Shown here: piece after piece, positions 1-8,107 of the stretch
How positions within the stretch are numbered: position 1 is the stretch's first letter
Layout of the letters: each line of letters starts with the position of its first letter
Virus record (IMG/VR): IMGVR_UViG_3300010362_000034
Location: 1-45,317 of that record
DNA length: 45,317 nucleotides
Origin: a virus
Lineage: Duplodnaviria > Caudoviricetes
Strand: one strand, 5' to 3'
Made by a program: the position numbers and the translations under genes
Notes under the pieces: generated by a model
What the model was told of the DNA's origin: nothing
Databases searched by the model: none
The model's input: only the letters and a program-made list of their open reading frames with translations

Positions 1-537
1 GACTACGAGCAACGGATGCCCGCCAAACTTCGCCGGTGCAAGTTTGCCATTGCTAACCGCATTGAGCGCGAAGTGAACAGCCTCCCGGCGCAGAGTCTCG
101 CGCTAACGCTCAAAATGATTTCGGACATTGAAGCGCTGGACTCTGGACGCGCCAGCGCGCGCGTGGAGCACGTTCACCGCGTGGATTTGTTCGCGGATTT
201 CGGTCAATTCGTTCAAGACCTGGAGACGGCCGAGGTTATACCCGAAAAAAATGGGGCGACGAATCCATTTAGAACGCCGGGAAATTTGCTAATGGCTGGC
301 GATCCGGCCGCGGACCAGGCGAGCGCGCCCGGATTTGATGCGCAATCAGAAGTTTTCGAGGCTGTGCCCCAGGCAAACGTGGATAATCTCCCAAGTTATC
401 ACACGGATTCAGAGGCAAACGGGGCCGAATCGGACCCGGGCACCCCCCCGGGGCGGGCCTCGCGTGAGGGCGGGGTGCCCCACGGTGCGAAGGGTAATGG
501 CTCTCAGAAATTTTTGGATAATGGAACTTTGTTATGA
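1..537 (+). CDS. 5'-truncated ORF, possibly terminase small subunit
   Basis: Frame is open from base 1 (ATG at 16 may be internal); helical N-part and disordered tail; no other TerS candidate seen. Function is inferred. Confidence 0.4.
   Translation, partial: DYEQRMPAKLRRCKFAIANRIEREVNSLPAQSLALTLKMISDIEALDSGRASARVEHVHRVDLFADFGQFVQDLETAEVIPEKNGATNPFRTPGNLLMAGDPAADQASAPGFDAQSEVFEAVPQANVDNLPSYHTDSEANGAESDPGTPPGRASREGGVPHGAKGNGSQKFLDNGTLL
438..520. other. GC-rich inverted repeat followed by AAATTTTT; candidate packaging-related site
   Basis: gggcacccc (438-446) pairs with ggggtgccc (472-480); inner cctc-gcgt-gagg; lies at the 3' end of the putative terS. Confidence 0.3.
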
Positions 538-971
538 CGGTCCAATGGTATTCAGAGGCGTTGTTAGCGCCTCACCTGGGTGTGACGCGCAATGCGCTGG
601 ACGATTTCCGTAAAGCCTCTCTGAAAAAAAACGAGGCGAAAAAATTTGGTCGCCAAAATTTCATCAGTGATAGCGCGTTAAAAAAATTGCTGGCGAGGCT
701 GGGAAGCCAGGGCCTCGATTGCAGCGATTGTTTAATGCACTCCACCAACGGCGCTGTAGCCGTGGTGGAGCTTGTCGTTACAAAAGTTTATCCCAACCCG
801 CATTTGATCCAGGCGGCTAACGAAAACGGCCAGCGTGTGCTGGTGCGGGTGCAAAAGAACAAAAACTTCCGACCGCGCATGAAAGTGAAAGCGCGGCCGC
901 CTAACGAGCCACCGGCTCCGCAGGTTTACCAATTAGAAGGGCGTTGCCCGCGTTTCCCGGGCAAATGGTGA
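534..971 (+). CDS. hypothetical protein with N-terminal HTH-like segment
   Basis: ATGA overlap with upstream ORF; YSEALLAPHLGVTRNALDDFR resembles a winged HTH. Confidence 0.6.
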   Translation: MTVQWYSEALLAPHLGVTRNALDDFRKASLKKNEAKKFGRQNFISDSALKKLLARLGSQGLDCSDCLMHSTNGAVAVVELVVTKVYPNPHLIQAANENGQRVLVRVQKNKNFRPRMKVKARPPNEPPAPQVYQLEGRCPRFPGKW

Positions 972-1132
972 TGCAAAAACAAATCGACACGCTCCATGTG
1001 ATTAGACTCTCGACTTTTGTCGCGAAAACCGGTGCACAGTTCGCCGGACTTGGCGCGGCAGGTCGGACAGGCAACAGCTCGGACTTCGGTGCGACTAGGA
1101 TGGTAAAACCCTTGATCATCCCATTGTCCCAT
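926..1132 (-). CDS. small phage zinc-finger protein
   Basis: VACPTCRAKSGELC...NHMER matches the CPxCxAxxGxxC...HxxR phage Zn-finger pattern. Confidence 0.65.
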   Translation of the reverse strand: MGQWDDQGFYHPSRTEVRAVACPTCRAKSGELCTGFRDKSRESNHMERVDLFLHHHLPGKRGQRPSNW

Positions 1133-1151
1133 ATATGAACCGATCGATCCG

Positions 1152-2072
1152 ATGAAAGGCTACGTCAAATTTTATCGGCAGATCTTGGAATCGTCACTTG
1201 CCCAGGACCCCGAGGTGCTTTGTGGATTTATGTTATTGCGATTGCTCGCCGATATGAATGGAGTGCTAGATGAGACATACGAGTCAATCGCACGGAAGCT
1301 CAACTTGCCAACAGAGAAGGTGATTATTCTTATCGGCCGTCTCATGGCACCCGATGAGGAAAGCCGTTCCAAGCAGTTTGATGGTGCACGCATTATTCCA
1401 TTGACCGATCAGCGTCCCTGGGGATGGCGCTTTGTGAACGCTAAGAAATACGAAAACTTGGAGAGAAGTCGCGTTTCTGCGCGTGATAGGAAGCGCCGAC
1501 AGCGTGCCAGAGAAAAAGCGAAAACCCCGTCACAAGGCGTCACGCTACGTCACAAAACGTCACAAAATGGTCACAGGACAGTCACGCCAACTTCCCAGAC
1601 AAATGTCACGCTAGAGTCACAACTTGGTCACGCTTTGGTCACGGGGTGTCACAAGGTGTCACAGGGTGTCACGCTGCCCACGAGGGAAAATGTCACACAT
1701 AAAGAAAAAGAAAAAGAAAAAGAAAAAGGATTAGATGGCAGCGGGCCAACGGCTTCTTTTGGTGAATTGGTTAATGATCTTAACGAAGCGAAGCGACTCA
1801 TTTGCGTAAAGATTCTCGGGGGTAAGGATCCCAACCGGCCGTGGAGCTATGAAGCACAGGAAGCGCTTTCCAGGCAGTTACCCATTCCGCGCCCGGAGAT
1901 TGAAGTAGTAGCCTGGTTTCGTGGATTGCCTACCGATGAAACACCGGAGCTGCAAGCGCGCCGACCGGTAACGGAGCGCGGGTTGATGGTGAATTGGGGC
2001 GACGAAGTCACTCGTGCCCGAAATTATTGGAAAGATTGCTATGGCGACGAAAAAGAAAAGGGGGCGGCATGA
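1152..2072 (+). CDS. phage replication initiator (replisome organiser)
   Basis: N-terminal GYVKFYRQILES motif, ARDRKRRQRAREK helix, internal iteron array, KEKEKE linker; directly upstream of DnaB. Confidence 0.8.
   Translation: MKGYVKFYRQILESSLAQDPEVLCGFMLLRLLADMNGVLDETYESIARKLNLPTEKVIILIGRLMAPDEESRSKQFDGARIIPLTDQRPWGWRFVNAKKYENLERSRVSARDRKRRQRAREKAKTPSQGVTLRHKTSQNGHRTVTPTSQTNVTLESQLGHALVTGCHKVSQGVTLPTRENVTHKEKEKEKEKGLDGSGPTASFGELVNDLNEAKRLICVKILGGKDPNRPWSYEAQEALSRQLPIPRPEIEVVAWFRGLPTDETPELQARRPVTERGLMVNWGDEVTRARNYWKDCYGDEKEKGAA
1529..1730 (+). repeat. iteron array / probable replication origin inside the initiator gene
   Basis: 14 GTCAC copies at 1529,1539,1549,1559,1570,1581,1605,1616,1627,1638,1648,1658,1668,1692, then an (AAAGAA)n purine tract. 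Confidence 0.8.
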
Positions 2073-3643
2073 GAGGGCCAGCACCGGCAAACGTGATTCA
2101 CCTGGCGCCACCGCACAGCGTCGAGGGAGAGCAGGGCGTGTTAGGCTCGATGTTACTCTCGCCACGTGACGGCATAGCTGAAGCGGTAGAAAAACTGGAA
2201 GAGAATTATTTTTACGTGCCAGCGCACCGAACGATTTTCTCTGTGCTGGTGGATTTATGGAAAAAAGATGCGGCCATAGATTTAATCACGTTTACCCAGG
2301 AACTACGGGACCGGAACCTACTGGAGAGCGTAGGCGGCCCGGCGTTTGTCACCAGCTTGTGGACCTTCGTGCCGACTGCGGCAAACATCGCTTTTTACCT
2401 GGCGATTGTGCGGGAGAAACACGTGTTACGCGAAATCATTGCCAGCGGAACCGAGGCGGTCCGCCGCGCCTATGAAGAGCAGGACGATCCCACCGGGTTA
2501 CTGGAGGATTACCAAACCCGGGCAATCGAAATCGGGCACCTGGCTGCGGACGAGAGCACCAGCAAGCCGCTGGGCGCGTTCATTGATGAAGCGCTGAAAG
2601 CGATTGAGTTTAGCTTCTACAACCGCGGGCACGCCACGGGAATAAGCACTGGGTTTAACGACCTGGATCGCACCATGAACGGTTTTGAGCAGCCGTTGAC
2701 CTACTACTTCGCGGCCCGCCCGGCGATGGGTAAGAGCGCGCTCATGGTGAAGTTTGCCTATAACATCGGGATCGCGGCCGCGGCGCAAAAACAAAAGATC
2801 AAAATTTTCTCCATTGAAATGACCGGGCACCAACTGGCCAAGCGTTTGATTTGTATGCTGGCCAATATCCGGTTGAAATCGTTGCGGCCGGTAACGGGTT
2901 TTATGGAGGGAACGGCGCACGATCCGGTAGCGCTGAACCGGGCAAGGGACGTGGCCACGGAGCTAATGACCGATTACATCAGCATCGATGAAAAAGGCGA
3001 TCTTAGCATAAACGAGTTTCGTTCCCGGGCGCGCCAGGCCGTGGTAAAGGAAAAGTGCAAGCTAATTATGATCGATTACTTGCAACGGATGAAGTGCAGC
3101 GACAAAAATCTGCGCAACAACCGGGAGCAACAGGTAAACGAAATCGCGCAAGGCATCAGCGCTACGGCGAAAGAGTTAAAGGTGCCCATCATCGTGCTGG
3201 CACAGCTTAACAGAAACCCGGAGGACCGGCCGGATGGCAAGCCAGAGCTGGGCGATCTGCGCGAGAGCGGGAGCATTGAGCAGGAAGCGCGCTTTGTAGG
3301 GCTGTTATGGCGACCCTGGTATTACGCCAGGAATAGCCATAAGAAACGCGAAAAGCTGATGAAGGAGCTAGACCTGGACGAAGAGCAACTAAAACAATAC
3401 GTGGAGTGCATCGTGGCCAAGCAAAACGAGGGGCCCAGCGGGGCGGTGCCTTTGCGTTTCATCGAGGACTACGCGCGTTTTGAGGCACAGGATCCCGAGC
3501 GGCCGCTTTTCTCGAATCGGCCCGAGCAAAGGCAACAAAAAGAAGGGGAGGCGGCCGAGATAGCGATGGCCAGCATAAAAGAGATTTTTCCAAACGCAGA
3601 GGTAAGCAGCAACGGAGACGGACACCATGAACCTGGGAGCTGA
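2069..3643 (+). CDS. dnaB: replicative DNA helicase
   Basis: PPHSVEGEQGVLGSML N-terminus, Walker A AARPAMGKS, IMIDYLQ, LAQLNR, DLRESGSIEQ; ATG at 2069 overlaps the initiator stop. Confidence 0.97.
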   Translation: MRGPAPANVIHLAPPHSVEGEQGVLGSMLLSPRDGIAEAVEKLEENYFYVPAHRTIFSVLVDLWKKDAAIDLITFTQELRDRNLLESVGGPAFVTSLWTFVPTAANIAFYLAIVREKHVLREIIASGTEAVRRAYEEQDDPTGLLEDYQTRAIEIGHLAADESTSKPLGAFIDEALKAIEFSFYNRGHATGISTGFNDLDRTMNGFEQPLTYYFAARPAMGKSALMVKFAYNIGIAAAAQKQKIKIFSIEMTGHQLAKRLICMLANIRLKSLRPVTGFMEGTAHDPVALNRARDVATELMTDYISIDEKGDLSINEFRSRARQAVVKEKCKLIMIDYLQRMKCSDKNLRNNREQQVNEIAQGISATAKELKVPIIVLAQLNRNPEDRPDGKPELGDLRESGSIEQEARFVGLLWRPWYYARNSHKKREKLMKELDLDEEQLKQYVECIVAKQNEGPSGAVPLRFIEDYARFEAQDPERPLFSNRPEQRQQKEGEAAEIAMASIKEIFPNAEVSSNGDGHHEPGS

Positions 3644-3788
3644 GTTAGACCGCAAGTTAAAAGGGCTGAGTGAGCGCGAGCTGGAGAAGCTGATGGCGCG
3701 CTGGAATTTTAACTTTGTATCCAGGGAAAACCTGCGGAAACGCTGGCGCCAGATTAACAGCATTGAAGTGAAGGTAGAGCCCGCATGA
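3627..3788 (+). CDS. hypothetical 53-aa protein
   Basis: Hand-translated MNLGAELDRKLKGLSERELEKLMARW...; fills the gap and has an ATGA overlap with terL. Confidence 0.6.
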   Translation: MNLGAELDRKLKGLSERELEKLMARWNFNFVSRENLRKRWRQINSIEVKVEPA

Positions 3789-5905
3789 CAGGATTAGAGC
3801 CACACCCGATTTTGCCTGTGCCAAACTCCGAATGGTGCAACCGGCTGATTGCGCGGTTTGGGAAAGACGAAGCGGAACGGCGGACCAAAAAGTTTTTGGA
3901 ACGGAGGATTGCGGCGATGACTCTCGAAAAGGAGGATCCGTTTATACACGGATTTGAAGCGGATATTTGGCACATCGCGGACGACCTTTTATGCGATGGG
4001 CACGAGGTAGTGTTAGACGTAAGCCGATTAGAGCGAATCGGCGCCAAAGCGCCGGTGCCCGTAACGATCCTGGGTGCGAACGAGATTTACATTGCTGGCG
4101 CGAACCGATCCAGCAAAAGCGAGTATGCCGGGAAAAAGGTAATGAAAGTGCTCAAAGCCCAGGAGGGCGCGCGGACCTGGAGCTTTGCGGATACCGGCCC
4201 GATTTCCATTGCCCGGCAGCAACCGATTTTTTGGCGGTATATGCCAGCGGAAGTAAAGCGGCTGGCAGCTAACACCGGCAAAGCCAGGCAGGGCGCGGTG
4301 TTAAACGTCTCTTACAAACAGAAAACCGGGTTTGCGGAGCAATCTTTCGTGTTACCCAACCGGGCTCAGCATTGGTTTAAGAACTACGAGCAAGACCCGG
4401 AGAACGTGGAAGGGGACCAGCTAGATGCCATCTGGATGGATGAGCTGCGCAACGTGGAGCTACTGCGGACATTGCGCGGCCGTATGATCGACCGGGGCGG
4501 CATTATCATTGTGACGTTTACCGCCATTGACGAAAATTACACGGCAGTAGTGAACGAATACGAGCGGGGCGCGCAGACCATCGTGGAAGTGCCCGCGGAG
4601 TTACTGCCGATTAAAAAGCATTTCAGCCGGAAACTCCATGATGCCGAAGCATCGCTTGCTCCCAAGTCCCAAAAGGAAGTCGCCACGACTTCGCCGGCTG
4701 AAAATAATTTCGCCGCCGTGCCTGCAACCGCAACTCCGCGAACCGGGGATGAGCGCGGCGACTCTCGCGGCGGCGGCGAACATTTTGAAATTATCGGCTA
4801 CAAAAATGTGCCACGGATAAAGATAGCTGGCCCTGGCGCCGATGGGAACCAGCGGGCTAACATCGTGTATTTCCACGCGATGGATAACCCTTACTTCGGT
4901 TACGAAGGCGCCATGCAACGGACAAAGGAAGGGCGCGCGCCGTTATTCGGGAAGGAACGTTTTTATCGCGCTTACCGGAACGCTACGGAAGCGAAAATTC
5001 TTTCCCGCGTGTATGGCATCCTGACCGCATCCAGCGCGCAGCAATTCCCGAAGTTTAACGATGCCTGGCACGTGGTAGAACCGGACAAGGTGCCCAGGGA
5101 GGGGAGTAACTATCACATCGTGGATCCGTGCGACGGCCGGAATTGGTTTATGTTATGGATCCGCATAGATCAGCGCGGGCATTGGTATGTCTATCGGGAA
5201 TGGCCCAGCACCGGGCACGCGCGTTGTTATATCCCGGGCGTAGGCGATCCGGGGCCGTGGACTTTGCCCGGGCAACCGTTTGATGGCGTGCGCGGACCGG
5301 CGCAACGCTCTTTCGGTTTCGGGCTGGACCGTTACAAGCGCGAGATTTTGCGCCTGGAAGGGCACCCCGATGAAGAAGAAGCAGGCGACACGCCTGCCAC
5401 TACAGAAGAGCAGCCGCGGCCGGATTGGTGGCGCGCCCCGCGTAACCCGATTTTGAGACGGACCACGACAGGCTTGGAGGAAACGGCGCCGTGGGAGGAA
5501 ATCGCGGAGCGATGGATGGATTCGCGTTACGGCGCCACACCTACCACCACGCGGGAAGGATCGACCACGTTGATTGACCAAATGGCAGAGCTGGAAATGC
5601 AGTTTCTAGCTACCAGTGGCAAAACAATCGAGGAAGGGACCGGCCTGGTAAACGATATGCTCGATTATGACCACGAGGTAGAGCGCGGCCGTTACTCGCC
5701 TACGCTTTCCCGGTTAAACGAGCCGAAGCTGAAAATCTCGCGCCAATGTCCCAACACGATTTACGCGCTGCGGGAATGGACCGGGAAAGATAAACAGCAC
5801 GGCGCTTGCAAGGATCCCATTGATTGCCTGAGATACGCGGCCCTGGCCGGGCTGGATTACCTGGGCGCGGATGCCTATTGCTGGCAAGGGGGAGGGAGTT
5901 ACTAG
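3785..5905 (+). CDS. terL: terminase large subunit
   Basis: Walker A GANRSSKS, Walker B IWMDE, VTFT coupling motif, nuclease IVDP...KDPIDCLRY; two low-complexity insertions. Confidence 0.9.
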   Translation: MTGLEPHPILPVPNSEWCNRLIARFGKDEAERRTKKFLERRIAAMTLEKEDPFIHGFEADIWHIADDLLCDGHEVVLDVSRLERIGAKAPVPVTILGANEIYIAGANRSSKSEYAGKKVMKVLKAQEGARTWSFADTGPISIARQQPIFWRYMPAEVKRLAANTGKARQGAVLNVSYKQKTGFAEQSFVLPNRAQHWFKNYEQDPENVEGDQLDAIWMDELRNVELLRTLRGRMIDRGGIIIVTFTAIDENYTAVVNEYERGAQTIVEVPAELLPIKKHFSRKLHDAEASLAPKSQKEVATTSPAENNFAAVPATATPRTGDERGDSRGGGEHFEIIGYKNVPRIKIAGPGADGNQRANIVYFHAMDNPYFGYEGAMQRTKEGRAPLFGKERFYRAYRNATEAKILSRVYGILTASSAQQFPKFNDAWHVVEPDKVPREGSNYHIVDPCDGRNWFMLWIRIDQRGHWYVYREWPSTGHARCYIPGVGDPGPWTLPGQPFDGVRGPAQRSFGFGLDRYKREILRLEGHPDEEEAGDTPATTEEQPRPDWWRAPRNPILRRTTTGLEETAPWEEIAERWMDSRYGATPTTTREGSTTLIDQMAELEMQFLATSGKTIEEGTGLVNDMLDYDHEVERGRYSPTLSRLNEPKLKISRQCPNTIYALREWTGKDKQHGACKDPIDCLRYAALAGLDYLGADAYCWQGGGSY
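4619..4785 (+). other. two tandem in-frame structured insertions in terL (87 + 75 nt)
   Basis: 10-bp closing stems 4621-4630/4694-4703 and 4709-4718/4771-4780 with internal hairpins; CATTT direct repeat at 4619 and 4781. Confidence 0.7.
5381..5405 (-). repeat. GTAG-type REP-like palindrome inside terL
   Basis: Minus strand reads ctGTAGtgGCAGGCGtgtCGCCTGC: GTAG tetranucleotide followed by a 7-bp hairpin. Confidence 0.55.
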
Positions 5906-5908
5906 GCC

Positions 5909-6103
5909 ATGAAGATGTATCAAATTAGCGAGGACGATTTAGAGACCCTGGAAACGGCGTGCCCGGGCCTTTACGATGCCATTGGTCCAGAGGCATTAAA
6001 CAGGCAGGACGTTCAAGAGCATTGCCAAATGGTGAAGCGGATTTTGTCAGACGTGCGTTGGCGATACGGTCCACACAAAAACGTAGAACGGATTGACGCA
6101 TGA
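5909..6103 (+). CDS. hypothetical protein
   Basis: ORF abutting terL with a purine-rich RBS-like sequence. Confidence 0.6.
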   Translation: MKMYQISEDDLETLETACPGLYDAIGPEALNRQDVQEHCQMVKRILSDVRWRYGPHKNVERIDA

Positions 6104-6312
6104 AACTTTGTTCCACGTGTCACCACCGGCCAGCTCGCAACGGGCAACGGACTTGTAAGAGTTGCCATGCCGGGGCGATGCGGCGTTATCGCCAGGGGAA
6201 GGTTCTTGTTCCACGTGGATTTGTTCTAGGTGGAACACTGGACCGAAACGGGAGGGTGCGCACCGCGCGATTACTCAAAACATACAACCAGGAAGGAATA
6301 ACAAAATGGTAA
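6100..6312 (+). CDS. small Cys-rich protein (CxxC...CxxC)
   Basis: CSTC and CKSCH motifs; ATGA overlap with the previous gene. Confidence 0.5.
   Translation: MKLCSTCHHRPARNGQRTCKSCHAGAMRRYRQGKVLVPRGFVLGGTLDRNGRVRTARLLKTYNQEGITKW
6109..6237. promoter_or_regulatory. three degenerate parS-like 16-mers
   Basis: 6109-6124 (13/16), 6207-6222 (13/16) and 6222-6237 (14/16) matches to TGTTCCACGTGGAACA. Confidence 0.45.
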
Positions 6313-6665
6313 TGAATAACTCATTCCTCGATGCCTTAATTCAGCTTCGGGCTGGCAAGGTTGTCGATGAATTATCAGAACAGCTCGCCCAAATCGTAGG
6401 CGCGGTGAAGAGAACCGGGAAACAAGGGACGATTACACTACAAATCAAGGTAGCACCGGCGACTGTTGGCGAGGTAAGACAAGTGTTCGTGACCGATTCG
6501 GTAAAGGTGAATCCGCCGCAATCGGTGAAGCCCAGCACGCTGTTTTATCCCAGCGAGAGTAACCAGCTTCTCCGCAAAGACCCGAACCAAAGGGAGCTGG
6601 AGCTACGGCCAGTGGAAGGCAAACAAGAGAAACCAGAACCATTGAGGGAGGTCGCAGCGAGCTAA
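6306..6665 (+). CDS. YfdP-like protein (usual partner of DUF2303)
   Basis: ELSEQLAQIVGAVKRTGKQGTITLQIKV...TLFY...LLRKDPNQ pattern, directly upstream of a DUF2303 gene. Confidence 0.75.
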   Translation: MVMNNSFLDALIQLRAGKVVDELSEQLAQIVGAVKRTGKQGTITLQIKVAPATVGEVRQVFVTDSVKVNPPQSVKPSTLFYPSESNQLLRKDPNQRELELRPVEGKQEKPEPLREVAAS

Positions 6666-6666
6666 C

Positions 6667-7491
6667 ATGGAAAAATCAGAAATAGAATCAGCGATTGAGG
6701 CCGGGCTGTTACTGGGAGAGATAAAACAAACCCAAAGCGGCAGTGAGTTTACGGTGTTGCCGAGCAACGCACGGGTGCACGACCTGGAGGGGCTATTGGA
6801 TAATCCCAGGCGCAGAAGGGGAAGCGTAAACCTGGTGGACCTGGACAGCCTGATTCGCTACGTAAAACTGTTCGCGGATACCAGGACACGGATTTTCGCG
6901 GACATTTCTCAACAAGACGGCAGCGCCTCTTTTACCGCGGTGCTTAACTATCACGAAGGCGGCAAGGATGGTAACGCTAACTGGGGCGATCATCGCGCTA
7001 CCTACACAGCTACCAGAACACCGGAATGGCTGGCCTGGAGCGGTAGCAACAAAAAGCCAATGTCACAATCCACGTTCGCCTCGTTTGTGGAAGATAACAT
7101 TGCGGACATTGTGGAGCCCAGTGGCGCGGTGATGCTGGAAATTTCCCGAACACTGGAAGCCAAAAGATCGGTGGAATTTAAGAGCGGTGTGCGCCTGGAG
7201 AACGGCGATCACCAGATTAAATTTGTATCGGAAACGACCGGGCGCGCTGGTGGAAACGGCGAGCTGGAAATACCGGCAACGTTTGCACTCGGAATTGCGC
7301 CATATATCGGCGGCCCGGCTTACAAGATTCAAGCCCGTTTACGTTACCGAATCACAGAGGGGCACCTATCGCTTTGGTATGAGCTGGTAAACCCGCACAA
7401 GGTGATCGAATCGGCCACGAAAGAGATTGTGGAAACAATCAAACAAGAGACGGAGCAAGAGGCTTTCATGGGTAAGGCGCCGTCGTTGTAA
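6667..7491 (+). CDS. DUF2303 / YfdQ family protein
   Basis: AVLNYH, WGDHRA, EWLAW, MSQSTFASFVEDN, IPATFALGIAPY, ARLRYR motifs. Confidence 0.85.
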   Translation: MEKSEIESAIEAGLLLGEIKQTQSGSEFTVLPSNARVHDLEGLLDNPRRRRGSVNLVDLDSLIRYVKLFADTRTRIFADISQQDGSASFTAVLNYHEGGKDGNANWGDHRATYTATRTPEWLAWSGSNKKPMSQSTFASFVEDNIADIVEPSGAVMLEISRTLEAKRSVEFKSGVRLENGDHQIKFVSETTGRAGGNGELEIPATFALGIAPYIGGPAYKIQARLRYRITEGHLSLWYELVNPHKVIESATKEIVETIKQETEQEAFMGKAPSL

Positions 7492-7495
7492 AAAC

Positions 7496-7705
7496 ATGCA
7501 GGGTGACGCAAATCTCTTGGATTTTATGGATGACAACCAGGTGCAAGCCTGGCCGGAACGGGAGCGGCCTAACAAGTGCGCCTCGTGGACGGTGCAACTG
7601 CCGAAACCGTTTATCCAGGTAACACGGCCCACCTTGCGCATGGCGCTGCGGGAGTTGATGCAAAAAACTGCAAATGAAAAGGCCAATGGCATTTTACAAA
7701 GCTGA
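7496..7705 (+). CDS. hypothetical protein
   Basis: Tightly packed ORF; LLDFMD...TLRMAL pattern typical of small phage proteins. Confidence 0.55.
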   Translation: MQGDANLLDFMDDNQVQAWPERERPNKCASWTVQLPKPFIQVTRPTLRMALRELMQKTANEKANGILQS

Positions 7706-7880
7706 GCTGGAGCACGCGGACACGATGCGGCGCAAGCTAGAACGCTTGCGCGGGCTCCAGGCGCTTTACCAGGAATATGAGGACCGCGGGATTCATCCAA
7801 AGGACGACCCTTACGTGGCCGGGCTGCGCAAACGGATCCACACCACACAAGGGCAAATAAAGGCGATGGGAGGCTTATGA
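7686..7880 (+). CDS. hypothetical protein
   Basis: Tightly packed ORF with coiled-coil character; alternative start at 7674. Confidence 0.55.
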   Translation: MAFYKAELEHADTMRRKLERLRGLQALYQEYEDRGIHPKDDPYVAGLRKRIHTTQGQIKAMGGL

Positions 7881-8107
7881 GTGCGGTAGAAGCGCCGAAA
7901 CCATTTTTGCGTTTTGGGGAGCTGGAGGATTGGCTGCGGGCCAACGGAATCTCTCGTTACAAAATGACTTTGTTAATTGCTAAAGGGGTAATAACAGCGC
8001 ACGGGCTCGCGGGAGGGCGGTCGTATTACAACGCGGCCGAAATCCAGCGGGACGTGCTGGACAGACTGACAGGGGGCAACAATGGCACAGGAAGAAGCAA
8101 ACATTGA
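7877..8107 (+). CDS. excisionase-like winged-HTH protein
   Basis: FLRFGELEDWL..GISRYKM..LIAKGVI...GRSYYNAAEI pattern. Confidence 0.55.
   Translation: MSAVEAPKPFLRFGELEDWLRANGISRYKMTLLIAKGVITAHGLAGGRSYYNAAEIQRDVLDRLTGGNNGTGRSKH

Noticed and set aside
4619-4785. Group I/II intron or intein in terL
   Set aside because: Too short, frame stays open, and no intron core or intein C...HN motifs were recognised
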